Notes: generated by a model not told the origin, from the sequence alone. 64,000 nt of DNA from an uncultured Gammaproteobacteria bacterium (GCA_964617045.1 CAZTVZ010000001.1:24521-88520), one strand, 5' to 3'. Shown: positions 9,502-20,161, numbered from the stretch's first letter. Numbers and translations are program-made.

Positions 9502-12423
9502 ATGGAAAACACAATCAAAATACGCGGTGCAAAACAGCATAACTTAAAAAATGTTGATGTCGATATTCCAAAAAACAAACTCGTGGTATTGACCGGTGTG
9601 TCCGGTAGCGGTAAAAGTTCTTTGGCTTTCGATACGTTATATGCGGAAGGCCAAAGAAGATACGTTGAATCTCTTTCAACATATGCCAGACAATTTTTAG
9701 GTGTAATGGAAAAACCAGATGTTGATTATATCGAAGGGTTGTCTCCGGCGATATCTATCGATCAAAAAACCACATCCAGAAATCCACGATCAACTGTGGG
9801 TACTGTTACTGAAATATATGATTATCTCAGACTTCTGTTTGCTAAAATCGGACATCCTCATTGTCCAGTTTGTGGAAGAGAAATATCACAGCAAAGCGTG
9901 GATCAAATTGTTGAAGAAGCCTTATCGTTGATCAAATCAACGGTGACAAATGAAAAAAGAGGATGGTTTCTTGTTTTGTCTCCGGTTGTAAGAGACAGAA
10001 AGGGTGAATATTCTTCGCTTTTCGACAATTTAAAAGCAAAGGGTTATAGGAGGGTAAGAGTGGATGGATACATCAAAGACCTTTCGGAAGATTTTGTTCT
10101 CATAAAAACGAACAAGCATTCTATAGATGTTCAGGTGGATAAATTAAGTCTTACGGAAAAGAATTTAAAAGATCAAAAATATGTTGAAGATCTTAGAAAA
10201 AGATTGTCCGATTCTATCCAGCAGGCATTAAATTTATCTGAGGGAAATGTTATTTTTGCGAAGATTGATGATCAGGGCTTCATTATGCCCGAAGTGCCCA
10301 AAAAGTTCCAAGATACTTTGTTTTCTGAAAGATTTGCATGCCCTGTAGATAATATTCAAATTTCCGAAATCGAACCAAGATCTTTTTCTTTTAATTCTCC
10401 TCAGGGTGCATGTCCATCGTGTACCGGTTTGGGGAAAATTTTGAAAGTAGAACCTTCACTAATTTTCAATGACAATTTGACCATAAGAGAAGGGGGCATT
10501 ACTCCTTTTGCCGCAATGTTTGAAAATGATACTTGGTATTCCAGAATTATTATTGGAGTCTGTGAAGGAAATGGAATCGATTCTAGAAAGCCTTTAAGTG
10601 AAATAACAGATAAAGAAAAACAATTACTTCTCTATGGTACTGGTGACAGGGTTTACAAAATCGAAGGGACAAACAAATCAGGGAAAATGACAAATATATG
10701 GGAGGAATATCATGGAATCGTGGACGAACTAGAAAAAAAATATCAACAGACCGACTCGGATTGGGTCAGAAAAGAAATTGAAAAGTACATGAGAGAACAA
10801 GTATGTGAAGAGTGTAAAGGGGCAAGGCTAAAACAAGAGGTTTTAAGTGTTACCGTTGCCGGTCTTTCGATATCCGAAGTAACCAATTTCTCAATTTCAG
10901 ACGCAATTATCTGGATAAAAGAGCTTGGAGAAAATAAACAAATATTAAATTCAAGGGAAAAAAGAATAGGTGATTTAATTATCAAAGAAATTGCGGACAG
11001 ATTGGGTTTTTTAAGTTCTGTTGGGCTTGAATATCTTACACTCTCGAGAGAAGCGGGAACATTATCGGGAGGAGAAGCGCAAAGAATTCGTTTGGCTTCT
11101 CAGATAGGATCGGGGCTTACAGGAGTTCTTTACGTACTTGATGAACCTACGATCGGTTTACATCAAAAAGATAACAGAAAACTAATAGATACTCTTAAAA
11201 GACTAAGAGATTTGGGTAATACGGTTGTTGTTGTTGAACACGACAAAGAAATGATTGAATCCGCTGATTATGTAATAGATTTCGGTCCTGGTGCTGGTAA
11301 ATTAGGCGGCATGATGGTTTCAGCGGGCACACCGGAACAAATAAAAAAAGATGAAAAATCTCTTACTGGAAAATATCTATCAGGAAAAAGAGATATCGAT
11401 ATTAAAAGAAATAGCCTGGTTGATTTGAAAAACAATAATCTGACAATTAAAGGTTGCTCACAATTTAATCTAAAAAATGTTGATGTTACCTTCCCCCTCG
11501 GTAAATTAATTGCATTAACAGGTTTGTCTGGTTCGGGAAAATCAACATTACTTGTCGAAACAATGTATCCCGCACTAATGAATGAACTTAATCCTCTTTA
11601 TAAACACGAGACTGGGGCTTACAAACATCTTGAAGGAATCGAAAATATTGACAAGGTTATTCTAATCGACCAGTCTCCTATAGGAAGAACACCAAGAAGC
11701 AACCCCGCAACATATACAGGAGTATTTGATCCGATTAGAGATGTCTTTTCCAATACACACGAAGCAAAAGCTTTGGGATTCAAAAAAAGCAGATTCTCTT
11801 TTAACTTAAAGGGAGGAAGATGCGAAGCGTGTGAAGGTCAAGGTCAAACAAAAATTGAAATGCAGTTTATGAGCGATATATGGGTTCCCTGCGAAATATG
11901 TAAAGGTAAAAGATATAACGCACAAACACTTGATGTTACTTATAAAGGTAAGGATATATCTGAAGTTTTGGGCATGACCGTAAGTGAAGCCAAGGAATAT
12001 TTTGTTAATAATCCACACATAATCGATAAACTTGAAACCCTTGAACAAGTAGGCCTTGGATATATTGAATTGGGACAACCGGCAACTACTCTCTCGGGAG
12101 GAGAAGCCCAAAGGGTAAAATTGGCTTCGGAATTATCACGTAAGGCAACCGGTAAAACAGTATATATTTTAGACGAACCTACAACCGGACTTCACTTTGC
12201 GGATGTCGATAGACTATTGAAGGTACTAAGAATATTGGTTGACAAAGGAAACACTGTTATATTAATCGAGCACAATTTGGATGTTATAAAAAATGCCGAC
12301 TACATCATAGATTTGGGACCTGAAGGTGGAGATAAAGGTGGAAAAATTGTTGCTTCAGGTAAAGTAGAAGATATAAAAAAGGTAAAAGAATCATACACAG
12401 GCTTTTACTTAAAATCTCTCTAA
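9502..12423 (+). CDS. uvrA: Excinuclease ABC subunit A
   Basis: Two Walker A (GVSGSGKS, GLSGSGKS), two LSGGEAQR signatures, Zn fingers. Confidence 0.98.
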   Translation: MENTIKIRGAKQHNLKNVDVDIPKNKLVVLTGVSGSGKSSLAFDTLYAEGQRRYVESLSTYARQFLGVMEKPDVDYIEGLSPAISIDQKTTSRNPRSTVGTVTEIYDYLRLLFAKIGHPHCPVCGREISQQSVDQIVEEALSLIKSTVTNEKRGWFLVLSPVVRDRKGEYSSLFDNLKAKGYRRVRVDGYIKDLSEDFVLIKTNKHSIDVQVDKLSLTEKNLKDQKYVEDLRKRLSDSIQQALNLSEGNVIFAKIDDQGFIMPEVPKKFQDTLFSERFACPVDNIQISEIEPRSFSFNSPQGACPSCTGLGKILKVEPSLIFNDNLTIREGGITPFAAMFENDTWYSRIIIGVCEGNGIDSRKPLSEITDKEKQLLLYGTGDRVYKIEGTNKSGKMTNIWEEYHGIVDELEKKYQQTDSDWVRKEIEKYMREQVCEECKGARLKQEVLSVTVAGLSISEVTNFSISDAIIWIKELGENKQILNSREKRIGDLIIKEIADRLGFLSSVGLEYLTLSREAGTLSGGEAQRIRLASQIGSGLTGVLYVLDEPTIGLHQKDNRKLIDTLKRLRDLGNTVVVVEHDKEMIESADYVIDFGPGAGKLGGMMVSAGTPEQIKKDEKSLTGKYLSGKRDIDIKRNSLVDLKNNNLTIKGCSQFNLKNVDVTFPLGKLIALTGLSGSGKSTLLVETMYPALMNELNPLYKHETGAYKHLEGIENIDKVILIDQSPIGRTPRSNPATYTGVFDPIRDVFSNTHEAKALGFKKSRFSFNLKGGRCEACEGQGQTKIEMQFMSDIWVPCEICKGKRYNAQTLDVTYKGKDISEVLGMTVSEAKEYFVNNPHIIDKLETLEQVGLGYIELGQPATTLSGGEAQRVKLASELSRKATGKTVYILDEPTTGLHFADVDRLLKVLRILVDKGNTVILIEHNLDVIKNADYIIDLGPEGGDKGGKIVASGKVEDIKKVKESYTGFYLKSL

Positions 12424-12441
12424 AATTCGTTATACTTAAAT

Positions 12442-14340
12442 ATGTTTTTACGAAAACTACTCATTTATGTATTCTCCTTTGTGTGTTTGTTGTTATTACC
12501 GTCCAATGTTAAGGCTCAACAAGAATTTGCAACCGACATAAATGTGGAGTATCAGTTTTCAACGACAGGTACTACAAAGGTAATTCACGACGTTTCTTTG
12601 GAAAACGTTTTTTCCAATCTGTACGCGACTTCATATAAGTTATACCTAAACAATATTGATCCGATTTCGCCGAAGGCATTCCAGGACGGTACTGAACTTA
12701 ATTTGACTAAATACAAAGAAAAAGATTCCACTGTTTTAAATGTAGAATTTTCTGATGCAGTTGTAGGTAAGGGTCAAAAAAGAAATTTTAGAATTGAATT
12801 TGAAAACAATTCCTTCGCAACAAGAACCGGTGAAGTTTGGGAAGTATCAATTCCCAAGTTATCCCAAGAAAACAACTTCAGATCTTACAATGTGATACTA
12901 AATGTTCCTTCATCTTTTGGTAACGAGGCATATATTTCCCCGAAAGCAGATGAAGCCAAGAATAATGGTGATTTTAAAATATATTCTTTCTCAAAAGAAA
13001 AGCTTTTAAGTTCAGGCATAACCGCCGGTTTCGGAGCGTTTCAAGTTTTCTCTTTCAATTTCAATTACCATTTGGAAAACCCTCTCAACAGAAGTGCAAT
13101 TACCGAGATTGCTCTTCCTCCAGATACCAATTTGCAAAAAGTATATTACACGGATCTAAAACCAGAACCCGATAACGTGTATGTTGATCCGGACGGCAAC
13201 TGGATTGGTGAATATAAATTGGAACCAAGACAAAGGATCGACGTTCAGGCAAAAGGTTTCGTGCAAATATTTGCAACCGCAAGACCATTCCCAAAGTCTT
13301 CAAAGGAAGTGTTGCAGAATAATTTAAAACCTACTCAATACTGGCAAACTGAACATCCACAGATAAAAGAAATAGCTGCAAAATATAAAACTCCCAAAGA
13401 AATATATGATTTTGTTTGGCAAAATCTAACCTACGACTACAATAACGTAAAGCCAAACGTAGAGAGAAAAGGGGCAGTGCTTGCTCTAAACAACCCAAGT
13501 AGTGCCATATGTATGGAATTTACCGATTTGTTTGTTGCCATAGCCAGAGCTGCTGGGATACCCGCAAGAGAAATTAACGGTTATGCATATACTGAGAATC
13601 CACAAATTCAACCTTTATCCCTTGTTGCCGATGTGCTGCATGCCTGGCCGGAATACTGGGATGAAAAAACAGAATCTTGGATTGCAGTGGACCCAACATG
13701 GGCATCCACAACAGGTGGAGTAGATTTTTTCAGCAAACTTGATTTAAGACATTTTGCTTTTGTCATTCATGGAAACGATTCTTCAAAACCATATCCACCA
13801 GGATCTTACAAGTTGGGGTCTAACCCTCAAAAGGATGTTTTTATTTCATTTGGCCAATTACCTCAGGAAAAACAATCGGCACTGGACATAAAAGTCAGAC
13901 CCCTTGAAGGACTACCTTTCATGAATAGTAAAGTTGAAGTTACCATCAAAAATCCTGGACCATCGGCACTTTACAACCTAGAACCACAAATATTGTTTGA
14001 CGGAAAGTTCGAAACAAGCGGGTTTATCGAAATTCTACCTCCTTTCTCTACTCATAAAATGTCAGTTAGTATTCCCTTTTCGTTTTTGGGTAGTAGTACC
14101 CCAGGAAAAGTAACTGTTTTGGCCAACGGAAGAGAGGCGACAATAATTACGGACAAAAACAAAATGGTAATCTACAACATGATTATTATCAGTATTGTAT
14201 TTTTTGCTGCAATAATCCTTTTGCTGGTAAGATTGGGAAAAATTAAGTTTGGAGTTATAATTGCAAAAATTAGCAGTGTTTTTAAAGGAAAAAATGACAA
14301 GAAACCCCTTTCTCAAGACCAGGTCATACAAGATAAATAA
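12442..14340 (+). CDS. Exported, membrane-anchored transglutaminase-like protein
   Basis: Signal peptide; Cys-His-Asp triad (AICMEF, HAWPE, DPTW); C-terminal TM. Confidence 0.85.
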   Translation: MFLRKLLIYVFSFVCLLLLPSNVKAQQEFATDINVEYQFSTTGTTKVIHDVSLENVFSNLYATSYKLYLNNIDPISPKAFQDGTELNLTKYKEKDSTVLNVEFSDAVVGKGQKRNFRIEFENNSFATRTGEVWEVSIPKLSQENNFRSYNVILNVPSSFGNEAYISPKADEAKNNGDFKIYSFSKEKLLSSGITAGFGAFQVFSFNFNYHLENPLNRSAITEIALPPDTNLQKVYYTDLKPEPDNVYVDPDGNWIGEYKLEPRQRIDVQAKGFVQIFATARPFPKSSKEVLQNNLKPTQYWQTEHPQIKEIAAKYKTPKEIYDFVWQNLTYDYNNVKPNVERKGAVLALNNPSSAICMEFTDLFVAIARAAGIPAREINGYAYTENPQIQPLSLVADVLHAWPEYWDEKTESWIAVDPTWASTTGGVDFFSKLDLRHFAFVIHGNDSSKPYPPGSYKLGSNPQKDVFISFGQLPQEKQSALDIKVRPLEGLPFMNSKVEVTIKNPGPSALYNLEPQILFDGKFETSGFIEILPPFSTHKMSVSIPFSFLGSSTPGKVTVLANGREATIITDKNKMVIYNMIIISIVFFAAIILLLVRLGKIKFGVIIAKISSVFKGKNDKKPLSQDQVIQDK

Positions 14341-15610
14341 ATCCGCATTTTCAAAATTACCGGATAGGCCTGGTGTGTATTCATTTCTCAAGCATAAAAG
14401 ACCTGTATATATTGGAAAAGCCGTAAACCTCAAATCACGAATCAAAAGCTATTTAGGAATCGAACTGCTACCTAAAACCAGAAAAATGGTTGAAGAATCA
14501 GACGAACTTCGTGTAATAAAAGTCGATAGTGAATTGGAATCTCTTCTTCTGGAAACGGAACTCATTAGAAAATACCAACCCATCTATAACATTATTTCCA
14601 AAGACGACAAGCATGCGCTTTATATCAGAATAACAAAAGAAAAATACCCCAGAGTTATTACAGCAAGAAAAATTGAAGTAGGTAAGAAGGATAACATTGC
14701 AGTATTTGGTCCATTTCCGTCTTCCGGCAATGTTAAATCGGTTTTAAAAATGATCAGAAAAATATTTCCGTATTCAGATCATAAATTGGGTAAAAAAGTA
14801 TGTTTGGAAAATCAAATAGGTCTTTGTAATCCATGTCCGAATCATATCGAAGCAATTTCAAATATAAATGAGAAAAGCAAAATGTTAACAGAATATTTAA
14901 ACAATATTAGAATGATAAAAAAAATTTTGAGTAGAAAAAGTAATCTTGTAAAAAATGCTCTTAGTAAAAGAATGAGCAAGTTGTCTAAGGATTTGAAATA
15001 CGAGGAAGCATCCAAAATCAGGGACCAAATAAGAAAGCTCGAATATATCCAACAACCGATCAATAGTGAGATAAGCTTTATAGAAAATCCGAACCTCCTT
15101 GAAGATATCAGGAAAGATGAACTGATTAATCTGGAAAAAATAATAGAAAAGTATTACGGCAAAAAGATTACAATATCGAGAATCGAGTGCTTTGATATCG
15201 CACACATATCGGGAGAAAACACCACCGCATCAATGGTTACTTTTATATCCGGTGAGCCTGCCAAAGAATATTATCGTAGAATAAAAATTAGGAAAACGGA
15301 TGGAGTAAACGATATTCAATCTATGGAAGAAGTTGCTCAAATACGTAAAAACAAGCTGGGTAATTGGGGAAAACCAGACTTGATTATTGTTGACGGAGGG
15401 AAAGCTCAAGTCAATGCCTTTAAAAAATATATTGAAGACATCCCGGTAATCGGATTGGCAAAAAGAACCGATAGAATATTGATCGAAGGAAAATATTTGG
15501 ATTTAAGTAAACAAAAATCGTTTAACCTGATCAAGAGAATTGATGACGAAGCCCATCGTTTTGCAAGGAGATATCATCATCTTTTGGTCAAAAAGATGCT
15601 CTTTTCTTGA
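14294..15610 (+). CDS. uvrC: Excinuclease ABC subunit C (short form)
   Basis: GIY-YIG (PGVY..YIGKA), UVR, IECFDIAH, PDLIIVDGG, DEAHRFA; no C-terminal HhH. Confidence 0.9.
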   Translation: MTRNPFLKTRSYKINKSAFSKLPDRPGVYSFLKHKRPVYIGKAVNLKSRIKSYLGIELLPKTRKMVEESDELRVIKVDSELESLLLETELIRKYQPIYNIISKDDKHALYIRITKEKYPRVITARKIEVGKKDNIAVFGPFPSSGNVKSVLKMIRKIFPYSDHKLGKKVCLENQIGLCNPCPNHIEAISNINEKSKMLTEYLNNIRMIKKILSRKSNLVKNALSKRMSKLSKDLKYEEASKIRDQIRKLEYIQQPINSEISFIENPNLLEDIRKDELINLEKIIEKYYGKKITISRIECFDIAHISGENTTASMVTFISGEPAKEYYRRIKIRKTDGVNDIQSMEEVAQIRKNKLGNWGKPDLIIVDGGKAQVNAFKKYIEDIPVIGLAKRTDRILIEGKYLDLSKQKSFNLIKRIDDEAHRFARRYHHLLVKKMLFS

Positions 15611-15642
15611 CATTGGAATATTCACGTTAAATACTTAACTAA

Positions 15643-16044
15643 ATGAAAACACTGCTCAGACATTATATTGTTGACACATTCACATTGTATCTGGTGTCTA
15701 CTGTTGCTTCGGGAATAATATTTCAAGATGGATTGAAGACGTTGTTTCTTGCCGGAGTAGGTTTAATGGTCGCCTCTATGCTTATTAAGCCAATAATTAA
15801 TATCCTTCTGCTTCCGATTAATCTGGTTACTTTTGGACTTTTCAAATGGCTTTCGTCTGCAGTTGCTTTGTATTTGGTTGCCCTGGTTATACCTGGACTT
15901 AAAATCGAGCGATTTTTCTACCCAGGTCTTACCACAACTTGGATTGATATACCCCAAATATCTTTCGATGGATTGATGGCCTTTGTGGCTTTTTCTCTTC
16001 TTATTTCCTTCGTAACCTCAATCTTTCACTGGTTGATCAAGTAA
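15643..16044 (+). CDS. 4-TM phage holin family (YvlD-like) membrane protein
   Basis: IKPIINILLLPINLVTFGLF signature. Confidence 0.8.
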   Translation: MKTLLRHYIVDTFTLYLVSTVASGIIFQDGLKTLFLAGVGLMVASMLIKPIINILLLPINLVTFGLFKWLSSAVALYLVALVIPGLKIERFFYPGLTTTWIDIPQISFDGLMAFVAFSLLISFVTSIFHWLIK

Positions 16045-16061
16045 TTTGATATAATTGTACG

Positions 16062-16274
16062 ATGAAAGATTTTTTGATCGTAATTCAGATGCTCGCGGCA
16101 GTTATCCTGGTTGTTTTGATTTTGATGCAGGCCAAGGGCACAGGATTCGGAAGCTCGTGGGGTGGGGGAGGATCTTCTTTTACGCGAAGAGGCTTGGAAA
16201 AACTGGTCTTTAAGATGACATTCGTTGTTACCGCTATTTTTCTTTTGGTTTCGTTTATAAACATTCTTATTTAA
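16062..16274 (+). CDS. secG: Preprotein translocase subunit SecG
   Basis: Two TMs flanking LMQAKGTGFG..GG...TRRGLEK. Confidence 0.9.
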   Translation: MKDFLIVIQMLAAVILVVLILMQAKGTGFGSSWGGGGSSFTRRGLEKLVFKMTFVVTAIFLLVSFINILI

Positions 16275-17596
16275 TGCGCAATCTGCGATATTACTACAGA
16301 CTGGTCGGAGCATTTCTTTCGCGTTTCAAGGCAATTATCATACTGGGTACAATTATCGGAATTGTTGGATTTGTTTTAATTTCTCTTTTTGGATCAACAA
16401 TCTTTTTAACGACTACCCAAACCATCGGATATGTTGGTAAATACCGAATCGATACTCTTCCTCAAGAAATTCTTTCACAAATTAGTGTCGGATTGACGAC
16501 TGTTGATGAAAGCGGAGCCGTACTTCCGGGAATTGCAGAATCCTGGGAAAGTACCGATGGAGGAAAATCTTGGACATTTAAAATTGCCAAAGACATGAAA
16601 TGGCAAGACGACAAAGAAATTACCTCAGATACAATTAATTACACTTTTTCTGACGCTCAGGTTGAAAAGCCTGATGATTATTCTATTACGTTTAAGCTGC
16701 AAAGTCCTTTTGCACCCTTCCCTTCTGTTGTATCTGAACCTTTATTCAAAAAGGGACTTTTAGGTACCGGGGAATGGAAAGTGTCAAAAGCTTCTGTAGT
16801 AGGAAATTATGTACAAAGGCTTACCCTTACAAACGAGCAGGGTGAAAAAAAGATATATAAGTTTTACCCAACCGAAGAAAGAGCAAAACTTGCATACAAA
16901 CTTGGATCTGTTGATAAATTGGAAGGATTGTTTACGAATGACCCGTTTATAAATTGGAGAAACACAACAATTGAAGAAAACATCAGCACATATCGTTATG
17001 CCGCAATATTTTTTAATTTGGCCAATCCTGTTTTGGGCGAAAAAACGATGAGACAAGCCTTGAACTACGCAATAGATAAAGAGGCATTTAACGGTGTCAG
17101 AGCGTTTGGGCCGATATCTCCCGATTCGTGGGCATACAATCCTCAAGTAAAGCCTTACACGTATGACGAAAAACGTGCCGTTGAACTATATGAAGGCTTG
17201 CCTAAAGAATTAAAGGAAAATAAAGATGTAAAAATTAGTACCAGTGTTGTTTTGTTGTCTTCAGCTGAAAAAATTGCTGAATATTGGAGGAAATTGGGAT
17301 TAAATGTCAATGTTGAGGTTGTATCCGGTGTTCCTGCGGAATATCAGGTTTTACTTGCCATTATCGATATTCCGATAGATCCCGATCAATATGCCTTATG
17401 GCACTCTACCCAAGGTCAGACAAATATTACCAAATATTCGAGCCCCAGAATCGACAAGCTTTTGGAAGACGGAAGAATCGAGGTTGATGTTGAACAAAGA
17501 AAAAAAATATACCTGGATTTTCAAAGGTTTTTAGTTGAGGATTCACCAGCAATATTTTTGTACCACCCCATTACTTATACCATTTTAAGGCAATAA
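16274..17596 (+). CDS. ABC transporter substrate-binding protein, family 5, N-terminal TM anchor
   Basis: PGIAESW..DG..WTF, GTG.W, RQALNYAID, IDKLLE..R motifs. Confidence 0.85.
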   Translation: MRNLRYYYRLVGAFLSRFKAIIILGTIIGIVGFVLISLFGSTIFLTTTQTIGYVGKYRIDTLPQEILSQISVGLTTVDESGAVLPGIAESWESTDGGKSWTFKIAKDMKWQDDKEITSDTINYTFSDAQVEKPDDYSITFKLQSPFAPFPSVVSEPLFKKGLLGTGEWKVSKASVVGNYVQRLTLTNEQGEKKIYKFYPTEERAKLAYKLGSVDKLEGLFTNDPFINWRNTTIEENISTYRYAAIFFNLANPVLGEKTMRQALNYAIDKEAFNGVRAFGPISPDSWAYNPQVKPYTYDEKRAVELYEGLPKELKENKDVKISTSVVLLSSAEKIAEYWRKLGLNVNVEVVSGVPAEYQVLLAIIDIPIDPDQYALWHSTQGQTNITKYSSPRIDKLLEDGRIEVDVEQRKKIYLDFQRFLVEDSPAIFLYHPITYTILRQ

Positions 17597-17598
17597 AA

Positions 17599-17646
17599 AA
17601 CTAACGGTGTTTTTGTTGATGCCTGGGTAAGCATTCACCGTTAGTT
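17599..17646 (-). terminator. Inverted repeat, probable intrinsic terminator between convergent genes
   Basis: AACTAACGGTG/CACCGTTAGTT 11-bp stem with U-tract on minus strand. Confidence 0.6.
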
Positions 17647-17653
17647 ATCCCAA

Positions 17654-18001
17654 TTATGTATGGATTTCAATATTGGAAGAAAACAAGCACTTCCGCAAGG
17701 AAATCGTTTGTGGATTTCGAGTTACGGGAAGACTATCTTTTACATAATATAAAATCTTCTCGCAAACCTCTTGGAATGCCGATATTGAATAATCAGATCT
17801 AACATCCTCCGTGGGATATATAAACAGTTCGATATCGCTTTGTTTGACGGTCTTGCGATCCGTGATGTCGAAAAGTATATCCGCAGCAATTTTCTTTTCT
17901 GCCTGGTTGATTTTGAGTTTTCTAAGAAAATCATCAAGCCAACCCGGTGGGTACTGCAAAAACGTTGTTTTTTTGAAATTGACTACAATCGTTAATTGCA
18001 T
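17654..18001 (-). CDS. Hypothetical protein
   Basis: 115 aa ORF with strong SD AAAGGAGG before ATG at 18001. Confidence 0.65.
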   Translation of the reverse strand: MQLTIVVNFKKTTFLQYPPGWLDDFLRKLKINQAEKKIAADILFDITDRKTVKQSDIELFIYPTEDVRSDYSISAFQEVCEKILYYVKDSLPVTRNPQTISLRKCLFSSNIEIHT

Positions 18002-18083
18002 TCTTCCTCCTTTGAAATGTGCTAACTCACTGAACATATTATAGGACTTGGGCACAAAATAGTCAAGTTTGCTATACTTAGGC

Positions 18084-18941
18084 ATGGTTGTTGATATTGC
18101 AAATAGTTGGGAAAATTATGAACTTTTAGATTCCGGAAACGGTAAGCGGATGGAAAGGTTTGGGTCATATACACTTGTAAGACCAGACCCGCAAGCAATA
18201 TGGAAACCGCTTCTTCCACTTCACAAATGGGAACAGGTTGATGCATTTTACTCAAAAAAGGGAAGTTTTGAGGGATGGACAAAAAGTAACGATTTTCCCG
18301 AGAAATGGGAAATAAAATACGACGATTTAACTATTTACGCCAAATTGACACCTTTTAAACATACAGGTATTTTCCCTGAACAATCCGTTCAATGGGAATG
18401 GATGAAAAATAAAATAGGGAAAGCCAGCAGGGAAATTAATGTACTGAATCTATTTGGCTATACGGGAATTGCGTCTCTTATATGTGCAAAGGCGGGTGCA
18501 AAAGTAACGCATATCGATGCTTCTAAACCTGCAATTACATGGGCAAGAGAAAATCAAAAATTATCTGGCCTTGATAATTTACCAATCAGATGGATTCCTG
18601 AGGATTCATTGAAGTTTGTGGAAAGAGAAATCAGAAGGGGTAACAAATATGATGCAATAATTATGGATCCTCCTGCATATGGACACGGTCCTACTGGTGA
18701 GATATGGGATTTCTACAAACACTTTCCGATTCTTCTTGAAAACTGTAAACGATTGTTGTCGGATGACCCTTTGTTTATCATCGTAAATGCATACGCAATA
18801 TCTGCTTCCTCGCTGATGTTGAAAAATATGCTTCTTGAGGTAGGTAGTGAAGAATGTATTGAAGTGGGCGAGTTGGCACTTAGAGAAAGTGGATCTGGAA
18901 GACTTCTTTCAACCGGTATTTTCGGTCGCGCCTCTTTTTAA
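18084..18941 (+). CDS. Class I SAM-dependent methyltransferase (RlmI/RlmK-like)
   Basis: VLNLFGYTG, DAS, IIMDPPAYG motifs. Confidence 0.85.
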   Translation: MVVDIANSWENYELLDSGNGKRMERFGSYTLVRPDPQAIWKPLLPLHKWEQVDAFYSKKGSFEGWTKSNDFPEKWEIKYDDLTIYAKLTPFKHTGIFPEQSVQWEWMKNKIGKASREINVLNLFGYTGIASLICAKAGAKVTHIDASKPAITWARENQKLSGLDNLPIRWIPEDSLKFVEREIRRGNKYDAIIMDPPAYGHGPTGEIWDFYKHFPILLENCKRLLSDDPLFIIVNAYAISASSLMLKNMLLEVGSEECIEVGELALRESGSGRLLSTGIFGRASF

Positions 18942-18947
18942 GCAATA

Positions 18948-19922
18948 TCAATTCTCTTTAATTTCCTTGGATTTTACAAGCCTGTTTTTGATTATTCTTA
19001 TATCAATTAATATTATCCCCACGGCAAATAACAATGACAAACTGGCAAGAATGAAATGTTTCCTGATAACATAATCTACATTAAAGAATAAGGGAGCAGG
19101 AACTTGCACTACGACATATTTGCCTATCCAATTACCATGAACGATTACTTTTTTGTATACATATATCGTTTTGTTGAGACTAGATCCTTTTTCAATATAA
19201 CCTTCGGGTTTATCCTCCGAAAGAACCTGTTCTTTAATGGAGTTGTCGAGCGTTTTTTCCTTTTCTTGTTCAGGAGAATGAAGTGTGACAACATCTTTAT
19301 CCTTTGCTATTAAATAAAACGATGACTGAGGCAAGAAGGAAGCCTTGTCAACCAGGTCGGTGAAATAATTAACATCCACAATAGCCCACATAACGGCACG
19401 TAATTTTCCTACTTCGTCATAATTTGGATATCCGAAATTAAAACCCGGTTTGTTGGTTATCTTCCCAATAAGAAAATCACTCATGGCCAGATGTTTTGTT
19501 TTGATTGCGTCTTGAAAATAATCTCTTTCGGAAGCGTTTACGGATTCTGTAAAAGGAATTGCACTGCATATGGCATTTCCGTCAGCATCAAGTAGTCCGA
19601 TATTTAACACTCCTTCGAGTTCAGGTAGAATAACGGCATATAAACGATTGCATTTGTTAGAATAAAATCCTTCGATAAATGGTGTTTTCGAAAGAAGCTC
19701 CATTGATAAATCAATATGTTCTACGTAGTGTTCAAAGTCTCTTGTTAAATTATTACTGTATTTAACAATATGTTCTTTGGAGTATTCTTCCAAAAAGGCT
19801 TTATCCGTAAAATAGTTGTAAATGGACACTGCAAAGATAACAAGCATGCAGTGAACAAGAACAATAAGAAAAACATGGTTGTAGGATTTAATATGAATTA
19901 GATTGAAGAATATTTTTTTCAA
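18948..19922 (-). CDS. Two-TM Cache-domain sensor protein without output domain
   Basis: TM - dCache-like (N.SERDYFQ.A, GKITNKP) - TM - short tail. Confidence 0.7.
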   Translation of the reverse strand: MKKIFFNLIHIKSYNHVFLIVLVHCMLVIFAVSIYNYFTDKAFLEEYSKEHIVKYSNNLTRDFEHYVEHIDLSMELLSKTPFIEGFYSNKCNRLYAVILPELEGVLNIGLLDADGNAICSAIPFTESVNASERDYFQDAIKTKHLAMSDFLIGKITNKPGFNFGYPNYDEVGKLRAVMWAIVDVNYFTDLVDKASFLPQSSFYLIAKDKDVVTLHSPEQEKEKTLDNSIKEQVLSEDKPEGYIEKGSSLNKTIYVYKKVIVHGNWIGKYVVVQVPAPLFFNVDYVIRKHFILASLSLLFAVGIILIDIRIIKNRLVKSKEIKEN

Positions 19923-19986
19923 GATAACCCATGTTAGTAAATATTCGTTTGAAAAGCAAAATCCGGAGAAATATGCTTGATTTATG

Positions 19987-20060
19987 GGTGGCTGAGCGGG
20001 ATCGAACCGCCAACCTCCTGCTCCACAGGCAGGCGCTCTAACCGTTGAGCTACAGCCACC
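19987..20060 (-). tRNA. tRNA-His(GTG)
   Basis: Cloverleaf, anticodon GTG, encoded G-1 and C73. Confidence 0.95.
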
Positions 20061-20161
20061 ATTTAGGGGTACGCTCGTATTATATTATTTTCAGGATTTT
20101 TAGTCCATTATTGGCCCCTTGCAATTAAATTTTAATAAGTTAATAATGAATGTAGACGTTC

